A stretch of DNA of 64,000 nt from Haplodiscus bocki (taxonomy: Eukaryota), in NCBI GenBank assembly GCA_965655095.1, contig OZ296650.1, forward strand, positions 61,132,001 to 61,196,000, read 5' to 3'. The notes under the pieces were generated by a model. It was not told where the DNA came from. It worked only from the letters and a program-made list of their open reading frames with translations, and searched no databases. The position numbers and the translations under genes are program-made. Below are positions 35,016-45,346 of this stretch, in pieces; the first letter of the stretch is position 1; every line of letters begins with the position of its first letter.

Positions 35016-37327
35016 TTATGATGTTGTAGACTCGGCATAGAGAGGGGCTGTGATGTCTGGATAAACACGGGTAGGGACTTGTGGGGCTTTACAGGTAGTA
35101 TTTGAAACGGTTTTGTGGGGCGGTTGTTTCAGGGGTTCACTAGCAGGTGCTATCAATGCGTTAAATCCATCCAAACTGAGCCAAATGAAAGCAGCGGCGT
35201 CATCAGTGGCGGGATTCGTAGTGTCATCACTGTCCGTGACATGCAAGAGTCGTCTATTTGAACTCTTGAAGAACTTGTGGATGAAGGAAACGTCTTTTCC
35301 ATTGGCGGCGGAACAAGGTAAAGCTGATGATAAAAGTCAATATAGAAAGGGTAAGTGAAACAGTCTAGAACAAAACACCAGTCCTACAAGGGAGATACGA
35401 CTTGAGGGCTTATGATGTTGCCGGAGAAATTGACGAATAATACTGTGCGATAGGGCGAGCTAATTGGTCAGTTGAATTAACTGACATTCGTTGAACATCC
35501 AGGAGTTCTGCAGACTCTGCTAAGACGGAGTGCCGTGCTTCACCCAGAGAATAGGCGAGGAAAACATGATTGGTTTTTGGGGCATGTTTGAAGACTTGTT
35601 CTAGCGAAGGGATCAACTCAATTGTTGGAAAGAAGGGCTCTGGGCTCGTCGAGCAGTAGTCCATGTCCGGTTCAAGAACTAAGTCTCCTTGATTCAAGGT
35701 CAGGGTGCTGTGACAACTGGGATGCAAGATGCATGCTTGACAAGGGATCATTGAAACACTTACACCATGTAAATCACTGGCGTTTTTCAATTGAAGAAGC
35801 GGTTCACGGGAAATGACATGGTACATGCCTTCAGCCAAGTAAAAGGCTTGTGGGGCATCAGGCATAAGCACAGAAATGGCGAGGCATTTGCGCAATGCTG
35901 CGATAGTATAATCAAACATACACGACCTGAAACATAGGAGGGTGTCATCTGTTGTTGTTGAGAAACTTTTGCGACAGAGTCTGATACGATTGTTGCCAGA
36001 ACATTGTTGCAATAATGATTTATCTAATTCAGTATATGGAGAATCGTCATTAGCCGCCGCCAAGAAGGGATTTGCGAACGGGAACAAGGAAGCTGTTGTG
36101 ATGTCACCGTTAGGCTGACAGAACGGGGTAGCTTGGTACACATTGAAATTGGAGGACTTGGAGTTCATTGGAATACCAAGCACAACTGATCTACCTCGCG
36201 AGTTTAACGTGACTTCTAACACGAGTTGAATCTCATAATAGACAGCTTCGAAGCCAAGCTGTATGGCAGGAGTAAGTTTTGTACCAGGATAACTCTCTTC
36301 TTCTGACAGTGTTCGAACAATGTCAGCATTTTCTTGCGATAGGAGGAACTGGGGGATAATTTGGCCACTGGCGAAGGACGGAATTGCCGAGAGCAAGTTC
36401 GTCTCGTAGGCGTAGAACGCAGCTGGGTATTATTGTACGTGAGTGTATAGAGGACCCAAATGAGAGATGACGTATCTAATCTCTCGGAGGAAGAGGAAAT
36501 GTTGAGCCTGTTTTCTTCCACATTCTTTTTGTTGGATTATTTCGTGTTGGATTCCGTTTATTCGGTCATCCAGAACCTGCACGTGATCTTTCACAGCATC
36601 GCGTAGGTTCTCTACATCTTGTTAAGTTTCTCTAACTTCGTTACCCAGTAGAAAGAAGTTTTCGTCATTGGCCGACTGGACACGTTGCAAGGTCGGTATT
36701 GCTTCTTTTCGTCTGAAGAATGTCTTCTACATCCTTTACCAAACTGCTTCTGTCATCGCACAAATTGAAGATGGAGACAGCTGTACATGCACCTTCCTTC
36801 AACGGGTCTCCGAGGATCAATCCGGCACCTGCTACAAGAGCAGCGATTGCGCCAATGAATCCTTTTGAACGTGGAAGCGTCGCCAGTCTTAGTACTGTTT
36901 CCGAAATGATTTCATCACGTGTGCGAGTTTATCCTGCACATCGGTTGCTTGTTTCATTTCAAGTTTAATCAAATTCACGCAATCCTTCAACTGTGTCATC
37001 AACAGTCCATATGTTTCATTAATTCATGGAATCCCCAATGCTTTTGGGCGTACATGCCACCAATTCTAATTAGTCGTGTATTGGCTAGGGCCAATAACTC
37101 TTCAGCTGCAGTCAGATTAACGTCCGGTATTTTCGGGAACGGAGAGAACACTTACCTTTGCTCTCACGTTCGGAAATGACTGCTTGATATTTGAAGAGGA
37201 AGGCAGCGCCCCTTTTGAAGACTGGAACTTCTGGCTGATCGTTGAGATGAGTGGAATGGTAGTTCACAGTGAAACAAGGAGGCGGGCCGTTGAGAAGGAC
37301 AAGTGAAAGTAGGAAGAGAAGCCTAAA
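35016..37327 (-). pseudogene. env: env: class I F-type fusion glycoprotein (baculovirus-F/errantivirus/paramyxovirus-F-like), disrupted
   Basis: Signal-like FRLLFLLSLVLL (from 37327); RSKG|FIGAIAALVAGAGLILG (36871-36809); heptad region; Cys-rich 328-aa ORF 35410..36396; TM TVSLTLSILTFIISFTLF followed by RRQWKRR (~35365-35290); tail with YPDI. Confidence 0.85.
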
Positions 37328-37352
37328 TTAATGACGAAAGGGGCAGAAGGTG

Positions 37353-39306
37353 TTAAAATAGCGTGGTGAGAGGAATGGAAATATACAAAGTGGGAGAACT
37401 TTTTTTCGTCTTCTTCGAGTTGGCTGGGGAATTGAACTCACTCAAGTCAGGACGTAGTTTTGTTTTCCAAAGCGGTTGGACTTTGCGTGCTTTTTTTTGT
37501 ACTACTACGCAGGTTACGTTGAGGTGAGGCTGCAGAAGCAACTGCTTCTTCACCGATTTAAAGGGTACGAGAAGCGTTATCAATGACTTTGCGGAACCAT
37601 GGTTTTGATCGCACAGGTGATGATGTCGAGGGACTACTGGGAAACTCTGTGGAAGTGCTGGTGATTCCAGGAAAGGTGTCAGTGGTTGGGGTGTTCGTCT
37701 GCTGGAACGAAAAGAAGTTGTTGTTCTCGGCGTGCCGGGAGATCCATGGCTATACCGTGCTGTTGCTCCTGATCGAGATTTCGATCGACTTGATTGCGCG
37801 GATTTGGGTGAACCAACTGGTGTGACTACCGATGCAGGTGTAGCAGACAGAGTTGTACTTGCAACGCCGCGAGAACAAGCTGTTGCTGAAGAGGCGGCAT
37901 GGTACGGATAAAACCAGGTGCGTTGATCATGATCATTCGCAGGAATGTTTGGTTCTTATTGCTGAAATCTCGGCGGAGAAATGTTGTCCGAATTTCGCTT
38001 GTCGCGCGTAGGGACGTTCGAAGTCAGTGGGGGTTCATGGAACAGTTTCAGGCGATCATATTGGACAACAAGTTCTTTTGGTTTGCAATTTCTTGAATAC
38101 GGTAGGTCACATCATTAAGGCATTGTACGTTGACATACGGGCCTTTCCATGGGCTAAGGAACTTCGGTGACTCACCAACTGGAACGACGGGGTTATGTAG
38201 TAGGACTTTTTGACTGACTTGATAAGTGGGTCAATGGAAATTTCAGTTGTAAAGGGCCTTTCTGCGTCGCTGATGGAATTTCAGGGCTGTACGAGCCGAA
38301 TCGTACGCTTCTTGAAAAATCATTTGTCGGGCAGACACGTACTCGTGGATGTCCGCTGGAGGTTGATCAGTCAGGTTTGGGTACATGAAGTCAAAAGGAA
38401 AGCAGGCTTTCTGTCCGTAGACAAGAAAATAGGGGGTGTACCCTATGAATTCATGGACTGAGGTGCGGTGTGTCATCATGACATACGGTAGCTGTTTTCA
38501 CCAAATGCTTTATTCATCGTTAATGCATTGGGCGAGCATCGATTGCGACGTCCGGTTCTTCCGTTCCACGACTGCGTTTGACTGGGTTGGGAAGGCTGTT
38601 GCTCGGGTCTTGTCAACTTGCAGGGCGTGATTCAGTCTTTTGAAAAGTTTTGATTGGAAATTACGACCTTGATCGCCATGGATGGTGTGGGGGCATCCAA
38701 ATCGACATATCCAATTTTCAAGAAGAGCCGTAGCTGTTGTAGAAGCAGTTTGATCGGGAATCGCTTCTTGCCACTTCGAGAAATGATCGCCAATTAAAAG
38801 TATGTGTTGGTTACTGTTCGACAATGGTAACGGAACTGTAAAATGGATTCCGATATGGTGAAACGGGTAGCTTAGGGTCCATTCGCCCAAAGAGTGTTGA
38901 TGAGTTTTTGGTGGATTAGCTCATTTCTGCCATTAATCACAACGATTGATGAGCAGTTTAATGTTTTCTTGGAAGTCAGGCCAGTAGAAGCGTTCACGAA
39001 ATTTTCTACTTTCTTGAATTTGGCCAGGAGACCTCCGGTGGACGATGAGTAGATTGAATCTATGCTCTGGAGTGCTAAAGGCGCAGGTAAGAGTTGTTGA
39101 TAGTGCGGTGGGCGTTCTTTATGGATGAATTTTCTACATGAAACGTCGTTGATGATCCTTAGACTTCGGAATTCGTTGACCAATTGCCATGTTGCTCGTT
39201 GTAGTCCTTGCAACTCGTGGGTATCTGGTGGTGGGCCACGTCTGACCCATTGCAAGAGGTACTTCAATGCCAGGTCGGCTCGCTGTGCCGACGCGAGTGA
39301 AGTCAA
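37353..39306 (-). pseudogene. pol: pol: integrase (zinc-binding region, DDE core, GPY/F motif) with Pro/Ser-rich tail
   Basis: RFYWPDF, PFHHIGIHF, DHFSKWQEAIP, WICRFGCPHTIHGDQGRNFQS, QSNAVVERKNRT, GYTPYFLVYG and KFLSPWKGPY. Confidence 0.95.
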
Positions 39307-39400
39307 CGTTTCGGGATCAATATGCGTCTCTGCTGCGAGTGCATTTTCAAAGGAGTCAACTGAGTCTTGACTTGCGCCTGGCGGTTCTATGGAAGACTTT

Positions 39401-39820
39401 CTATGGAAACACGATGGTTTTTATGTTGGTAGGCCGGAAAACTTCTCGAATCATTGTTTGAATTCTACTCCAATCAAGTTTATCGAGGCCACAACCTATA
39501 TGAGGCATGCTAATGCGCAGAAGGTTGTTGCTTTCGGCTTGGCTTTTCATTGCCTCTAGAGATAGTGCCAGTATTTTGTAGGTGGGTTTGTGGGAGTATC
39601 GTGCTTTGGTTATCAAGTGATTGATGAAACGCTGCGATTCGGAAATCCATTGAGGCCAAATGAATTCGCCGGCGACGGTTTCTTTCTTCTGGTACTTCGC
39701 TGGGAAGTGCCGCTTAATGCTGTGAGCGATTCCTGCTCCTAGCTGGAAGTCAGTTGAATTGCAGTGGGCAGGGGTGTCAGTGGACTCCAAAACATCGCCT
39801 TGGATTTCCGAATACTGGGA
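39401..39820 (-). pseudogene. pol-embedded macrodomain of TARG1/OARD1 (C6orf130, Poa1p-like) type
   Basis: QYSEIQGDVLESTDTPAHCNSTDFQLGAGIA...HLITKARYSHKPTYKILALSLEAMKSQAESNNLLRISMPHIGCGLDKLDWSRIQTMIREVF closely parallels human OARD1 GDLF...LAHCISEDCRMGAGIA...[27 protein letters not shown]...LSMPRIGCGLDRLQW. Confidence 0.93.
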
Positions 39821-39841
39821 AATTTTGGGGCGGCTTGAAAT

Positions 39842-41341
39842 TCATTCGTACGGTTTTTGCCATTCCTGGTCTTCGTTAGTTATCTCTGTGGCTGGGTCTT
39901 CAGTTACAATGGCGTTGAAGGTTGTAGGAGGTGTTCGGGAGAGCGCGCCGGCGTGGCCAATCGATTTTCCGGGCCTGTGCATTACATCGTATAAGAAAGC
40001 GGCAAGTTTCTCAAGCCAGTGGGTGGCTAGTGGATTTGGGTCCTTGGAATTGTGGAGCCATTGTAGAGCACGGTGATCAGTGATGACTTTGATTATCTGA
40101 CCAAGCAAATAATGTGTGAAGTGTCGGGTGAAGTTAACGAAGGCTAGCATTTCTGTTTTAGTCTCAAGAGTTTCTAGTCTGAGCTTCCAAGAAAGCTTCG
40201 GAGGCTTAGCAGATGGCACGCTCCTGTCCATCTTGTATTTGCGACAAGATAGCGCCCATGCCCTTTAGGCTGCCGTCGGTGTACAGGATGAAAGGCCTTC
40301 CATCAAAGGAAAGGCCAAGATGGGCGTAGTTGCCAGTCTGGACTTCAGTGTTTCAAAAGCGTGTTGGGCTTCTGGTCTCCAATTGAATTTTGCTGCTACT
40401 TCGTTCTCTTTCTGGAGTGGTCGGGCTATTTCAACAATGTTTTTAACGTAACGACGGTAATAGTAACACAAGCCAAGGAACGACTTTATTTCGGCCGGAG
40501 TTGTTGGAATCGGAAACTTTTTGACGGCAGCATTTTGCTGGGATTGGCTTGTAATCCATTTTTAGTGATGATGTGACCCAAAAAAAGGGACATGAGTTCG
40601 CAAAAATTCACATTTAGTCGGGTTTCTTTTCAGATTTGCTGAGCGAAACCTTTCGAGGACCTCTCATAGTTTTTGGATGCGTTCTTCGGCCGTGGAGAAG
40701 ATGATGCAATCATCTGAGTAAGGGATGGTTGTCTTCCATATCAGGTCAACTAGAACGTGTTCCATAAAGCTTTAGATTGTATTTGGGCTACCGGTCAGTC
40801 CCATAGGCATTCGGAGCCATTTGAAACATCCGAAAGGCGTGCTGAAGGCGGTAAAGTCTTGACTTTCTTCAGCCATTGGGAGCTGGTAGAAAACCCAGCG
40901 CATATCGATCGTTGTGACCTATTCACTTCCTTCGAGGGTGTCTAAGATTTCCTCTATGGATGGAATGGGCCAACAGGATTTGATAGTCTGCTTGTTAAGT
41001 TGGCGGTAGTCAACGACAAGGCGTAATTTGCCGCCTTTCTTCTGGACGAGCTTGGCCGGCGCACTGTATGAGCTCTGCCAAGGCGTGTTGAGTTTCTTTT
41101 CGAGGAAAGCGTCAATCTTTTGCTGCAAATCATCTTTATAATCAAGCGGCATTCGTCGATTCGGAAGTGTAACTGGTCGGGATCGTGGTTCAACTTGTTT
41201 CTTCTGGGCGGTTACATCGCATTGACCAATATTCCATTCATTTTTAGAGAACACATTAGAAAATTCATTGATCAGCTCCGAGAACTTCGCTTTTGCTTCA
41301 GGTGGAATACTGGTATCGATAGATTTTTTGACCGACTTCAA
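39842..41341 (-). pseudogene. pol: pol: reverse transcriptase and RNase H
   Basis: KLRLVVDYRQLNKQT, WLRMPMGLTGSP, IPYSDDCIIFS (YxDD at 40709-40720), CYYYRRYVKN, EMLAFVNFTRHFTHYLLG, VITDHRALQWL and HRPGKSIGHAGALSR. Confidence 0.96.
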
Positions 41342-41904
41342 GTCGTTTTGGCATCTTTCTTGTCAGTTAGTTTCGGGCTTTTTCGGCTTTTCAGTGTACT
41401 AATGTTTTGGATTTTGTCCGTTTCGACCAGTTCAGATTGTCCCAGTGTGGTCTGTTTATTTATCATGACCGCTTCATCCCCAGAATTTGTTACCGTCACC
41501 GGGAGTGTTTCCTCGGCGGAATTAAACAAGACATCGTCAGCACTGACCTAATTTTCTGCTTCGAACTGTTCATGCGGCTCGAATACCGCGGCCAACTCTA
41601 TTGGTGAGCGCTTCCATCCTGGAATGTACGCTGGTATGATCATCGAATGAGTTGCTGGAATCCAAACGTCAGTGGAGACAATTCGAAAGACTTGAATTGT
41701 CAGTTTGGATTGTACAGTAGACTTTGTGGTGCAACGGGACAAAAGTTTCATCATTCTGTCGCAACTTTTTTTTCGAAAACTGGATCACTTTGATGATCTT
41801 CCAAAAAACCAAGGCCTACCAGGCAGTTGCCTTCGACTTGGCCAACACATGAAATTTGTGCTCCATTTTTTTCCGCCTAAACTTACGGGGAGGCGTACGA
41901 CGCC

Positions 41905-42177
41905 TCAGGTTTCAATAGGCAATTGATTTGTGGCTTTCAGTTGTGATAGTGAAGGTTCCAATTGCAGAGAATGTTTTGATTTGAGGGAAATTTCACTACT
42001 AAGGCATGACACACCTGCTCCACTGTCACATATGGCTTCGACAATGCGGTCAAAATTTTTTACTTGGATGAACACACTTCGGTGATCAACAACAGAATTC
42101 AACGTTTGTGTTTGTGGGCCTTGTGCGGTGCCTTTGACTGCGCGTTGACCCTCTGGTGTAGGCGTTTTCAGTTTAAA
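41905..42177 (-). pseudogene. pol: pol: aspartic protease, entered by -1 frameshift
   Basis: EAICDSGAGVSCLS motif; the frame is open from the slippery site at 42177 through the DSG motif. Confidence 0.9.
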
Positions 42178-43373
42178 TTGTTGGGAGTGTTACTTCGGCA
42201 CTCATTGCGGAAATTTCCAATCTTTCCACATTTGAAACAGGCTTTAAATTCATTGGAGGCATGGTTTCCGCGTTTACAATGTTTGCAGAGTCCTTTGGAA
42301 CTACTGGTGTTGCTCTTGGGACGGTTGGGAGTCGAATTCTGGTGGTTGGGTCCTCGCCGATTGTTGTCTCGGCCGTTGTTATTTTTCATTCGAATTGCTT
42401 TGGAAACGAACCGCTCGGGTTCCTTGGGAATCGGTGCTGTTCGACCGAGAGGACTGGTTGCGATTTGGTATACTGTCTGGTGGTCGGGAAGCTGCTTGAC
42501 TTTTTTGGCATAGAGTTTTTGAATCCATCCGTTATTGTCCAAACGAGCTGGTCCATCCACTCCCTGGTGGAAGGCTCAAGAGCTTCACGGGAGATCGCAG
42601 TCACGCTGGTCTCGGCCACTTTGCTTGTGGATGGGGCTCTTTTCTCGATTTCCAGGAAAGAATTCAATTCCAGGGCCAGAGCATCATCCGCTGTAGCTGG
42701 TTTGGACTTTCTAAGTTCCCCTCGAAGCGTCGAAACACTCAGACCTTCGATGAAGCTGGTCAGTAAAATCTGTTCTACCAAGTGAGGAAAAGCGCGATAG
42801 GTGCGTCACGCGAGTGTGCGAATATCACACAAAAAGGCAGAAGTATCTTGACTGGGTTGCTGCCGGGCAGCTTTAAATCTTGCTTTCAATACGTCTACAT
42901 TCGTCGTATAGCTCTGCCGGAAAGCATCAACTAAAAGGCTGAAGTCGGCTTGCTGTGCTACGGAAAGCGTTGTGTAGAAATTCAGGGCATGTACTCGCAG
43001 CCGAAGGCCGAAATAATGGGGCCGGTTATCATGGGCTGCTGAATACCACCCAGAAAGCAAGGTAGCAGTATTAAACTGCTGTAAGTTATCTTCGAAACCA
43101 CCAGAACCGGTGAAACTTTCTGGCATGAGGCATGAAGGCAAGAGTTACAAAAGCGGCACCTCTGGCACCAAAAGGAGTAGCAAATGGGGTGCTTGGTGGG
43201 ACAGCACCAGCGTCTGGGGATGAAATGGGCGGTGAGCTCGTTGCGGATGACGAAACTGGGGTGGTTGTTGCGCTAGTAGTGGCTGTAGAGGATATAGGTG
43301 CGCTTGAGGTAGCTCATCCTGCACTGGTGACAGGTTCAGAAGCAGTCGTTATCGTAGCAGACGTCATCGACAT
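42168..43373 (-). pseudogene. gag: gag (Ser/Thr/Pro-rich N-terminus, capsid, zinc knuckles), disrupted
   Basis: ATG at 43373; PESFTGSGGFEDNLQQF, RQQPSQDTSAFLCDIRTLA, FIEGL...LRGELRK; CKHCKRGNH and CFKCGKIGNFRNEC knuckles. Confidence 0.9.
42171..42177 (-). promoter_or_regulatory. -1 programmed ribosomal frameshift slippery heptamer U_UUA_AAC
   Basis: Gag ends AAT TTA AAC TGA; the -1 frame (TTT AAA CTG...) is stop-free into the protease ORF (42177-42102 = 75 nt). Confidence 0.85.
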
Positions 43374-43459
43374 TGCTCTTACAATTTTGCGAGAAACTTC
43401 AAAAATCGAAAAAAAATGAATTAGATGCGTTTAAGATCGTCGAATTGTTAGGGAGTACT

Positions 43460-44091
43460 ACTTGGGTACACAATTGAAAATGGGTCACTAAAATATTGTG
43501 ATAGGAATTCAATGTAGTTTCTCTGTATTTGGGCTAGTACTTGAAAAAAGGCACTACTTGACTGAATGCCAGTTGCGGGGTTCTTGTTGCCGAAAATTTG
43601 GATTAACGGGTGCGCTTCTTTGTTAATAGTAGTGGAGTCCGTCGAGGCATGCTAGTTACTCAGCTGATGTGGTGTAAAAGCGAGCTCGGGACGAAAAACG
43701 ACTGGAATTTGGTAGGCACGAACTTGGCAGAAGTAACAGGGAAAAGGATTTCCTTCGGGGATGTGCTCTTAGTTGTTGACACAGGGAAACCAAAAAGATA
43801 CATCGGAAATGGGAGTTGTGCTCAAAAATTCTTTTTTGTTAACAATTCGTCGTTAGCGGCGCGAAAACACTGTTTTCTTGTTTGGTGAACTTCAAAAGCT
43901 ATGTGAGTTATGGCGGCTGTCAATAAAAGTAACGTCACGACGGTAAGCGCGAGAAAAATGTTGAAAAGGCTGGTTGTCCTTATGATAGGAAAACGATTAT
44001 GCACAGTTCGGTACGCTGGTGGGGGTGAAGGAGGTCTCACAGACAAAACTGGGGCATGGGGTGACTTATGCTCGGAAAATTATACGGACAT
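43460..44091 (-). pseudogene. Leader ORF upstream of gag: putative type II membrane protein with PPxY motif, disrupted
   Basis: ATG 44091 MSV*FSEHKSPHAPVLSVRPPSPPPAY...SLFNIFLALTVVTLLLLTAAITHIAF (ORF 43822..44046); after inferred frameshift(s) a Ser/Thr-rich stretch (STTPISDVSFGFPVSTTKST...) and a CYFC motif follow. The 3' extent is inferred. Confidence 0.55.
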
Positions 44092-44246
44092 TGAAAAAAA
44101 ATGGCTAGGAAGGCAAAAATGTCTGGAAAGTTTCGAAACTTTGTTTTTAGCTAGTAGTCACGTGAGAGCCTTAAAACTTAAGGGCCACTTTAGTGGCTCT
44201 TGCGACGACTCGCACAAATCTGAATACACAGCACGAAGCTGGAGAG

Positions 44247-44321
44247 ACTAGGCTCGGACGAAGTCCGGTGAAGAGGATCTTGAGGAACTAGGCGCGGACG
44301 CAGTCCGGTGAAGAAGATCTT
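44247..44321. repeat. 40-bp direct repeat (2 copies) in the element's 5' leader
   Basis: ACTAGGCTCGGACGAAGTCCGGTGAAGAGGATCTT vs ACTAGGCGCGGACGCAGTCCGGTGAAGAAGATCTT; each has a GGAC-NNN-GTCC hairpin. Confidence 0.85.
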
Positions 44322-44467
44322 AGCTGGCGGGCATTGAACTTCAGTGACGAGAAGAACAGTGTGCGAAGGTCTTGGGCCAAAGCTAAGAAAGAGGAAAAAC
44401 TACTTTACTTTTACGGTTTTCACAAATCGCACACGGATCGTTTTTAAACGACCTTTCACTTGAGGTT

Positions 44468-44484
44468 TCCCACTCCTGTCACCA
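44468..44484 (-). promoter_or_regulatory. Primer-binding site, tRNA-Leu type
   Basis: TGGTGACAGGAGTGGGA, 3 nt inside the 5' LTR boundary; its complement TCCCACTCCTGTCACCA differs by one base from the metazoan tRNA-Leu(CAG) 3' end TCCCACTCCTGACACCA. Confidence 0.85.
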
Positions 44485-44487
44485 TTT

Positions 44488-45346
44488 TGTAATAGTCGTA
44501 TGCTTTCAAAACATGTCGCTAGAAATGATTTTTCGATGCGGAGGACGACTGTTATTGGAAATGGTACTCAGCGATTTCTAAAATTACTATTCAGGTGTTT
44601 TTGGTTTGATGGTTGCTACCGGGATATGTGAAGTGAATAAAAAATTGCTTTTGGCTTTTTATGAAGGAATTTAAATTACAAAAAGAGAAAGGGAAAAGGC
44701 AGTATTTTAAAGTGGAATTATTAAGTCACAAGTTTGCATATCTTCAGAGTTCTTTTTAGGGACGATTACAGGGTCTTCTTGTTGAGTTGCGGAAGAGAGA
44801 TTGTGTTCGTCAGAGACCGGTCTTCTTTCTGTCTTGTCTTCGGGGTTGTCTGATTGGAATATCGCTTAGGAATTCTTTATAAAATTGTCGAGGGTCTAAT
44901 GACTGTACGGGCAAAGGTCGGGTCAGTTTTGGCTTTAGTAACAATATTTACTTTAAGTAATACAGCAGAGAGAAAATTACGACTGCTTGTAAATGAGTGT
45001 ACTGTTACACACCATTTAAATCATACAAGAGAGTTTAAATCACACTTGTGGGGCTGACTGTTATAGTGAGCAAAATAGAAACAGAAAATTGTACTAGTGT
45101 TAAGAATAGAGTTAAGCAAAAGAAGGGGGTGTTTATGTTTAATGAATGCTGTTATGAAAAGCAAGTTTTGTTTAATAAGAGCACTCGAGGGTACTTGACT
45201 CATTGTCTGGAAGGGGACCAAAAGTTATTTATAAAATGGAATTGAAATCTAGTTCATTTTTCAAAGGAAATTTAGGAAAGGAATAAGAAAGAAAATTTAA
45301 GCATTAAGTTTTCAGAAGAAATTTTTTTCGGCTGGTGATTGTTTCA
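44488..45346 (-). repeat. 5' LTR (859 bp)
   Basis: TGTAATA...TGTTTCA termini on the + strand; direct repeat of 32724-33578; adjacent to the PBS. Confidence 0.95.
44848..44881 (-). promoter_or_regulatory. Candidate LTR core promoter (TATA box + initiator)
   Basis: TATAAA at 44881-44876 and Inr-like TCAGAC with its A at 44851, 30 nt downstream of the first T; the same arrangement is in the other LTR. Confidence 0.55.

Larger units (their letters stand above)
32724..45346 (-). mobile_element. Full-length env-bearing Ty3/Gypsy LTR retroelement (endogenous retrovirus-like), 12,623 bp, inactivated
   Basis: Two TG...CA LTRs, PBS, gag with zinc knuckle, PR-RT-RH-(macro)-IN order, env-like ORF and extra ORFs. 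Flanks TTGG / TGGG form an imperfect 4-bp TSD. Confidence 0.97.

Noticed and set aside
37150-37158. Perfect splice donor AAG|GTAAGT early in env, suggesting a Rec/Rem-like fusion to the accessory exon
   Set aside because: It may simply encode K-V-S in the env frame, and its phase (0 or 1) does not match the phase-2 acceptor at 34595 in this copy. Testable only with a consensus or RNA-seq.
39401-39790. Macrodomain ORF selectively preserved (domesticated) by the host
   Set aside because: Its 129-codon open stretch is no longer than neighbouring RT, RNase H and integrase fragments (126-144 codons), and it starts at TTG with no ATG at the domain start.
41120-43419. Plus-strand ORFs of 95-174 aa within the retroelement
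   Set aside because: Antisense shadows of gag/pol with no independent coding signal.
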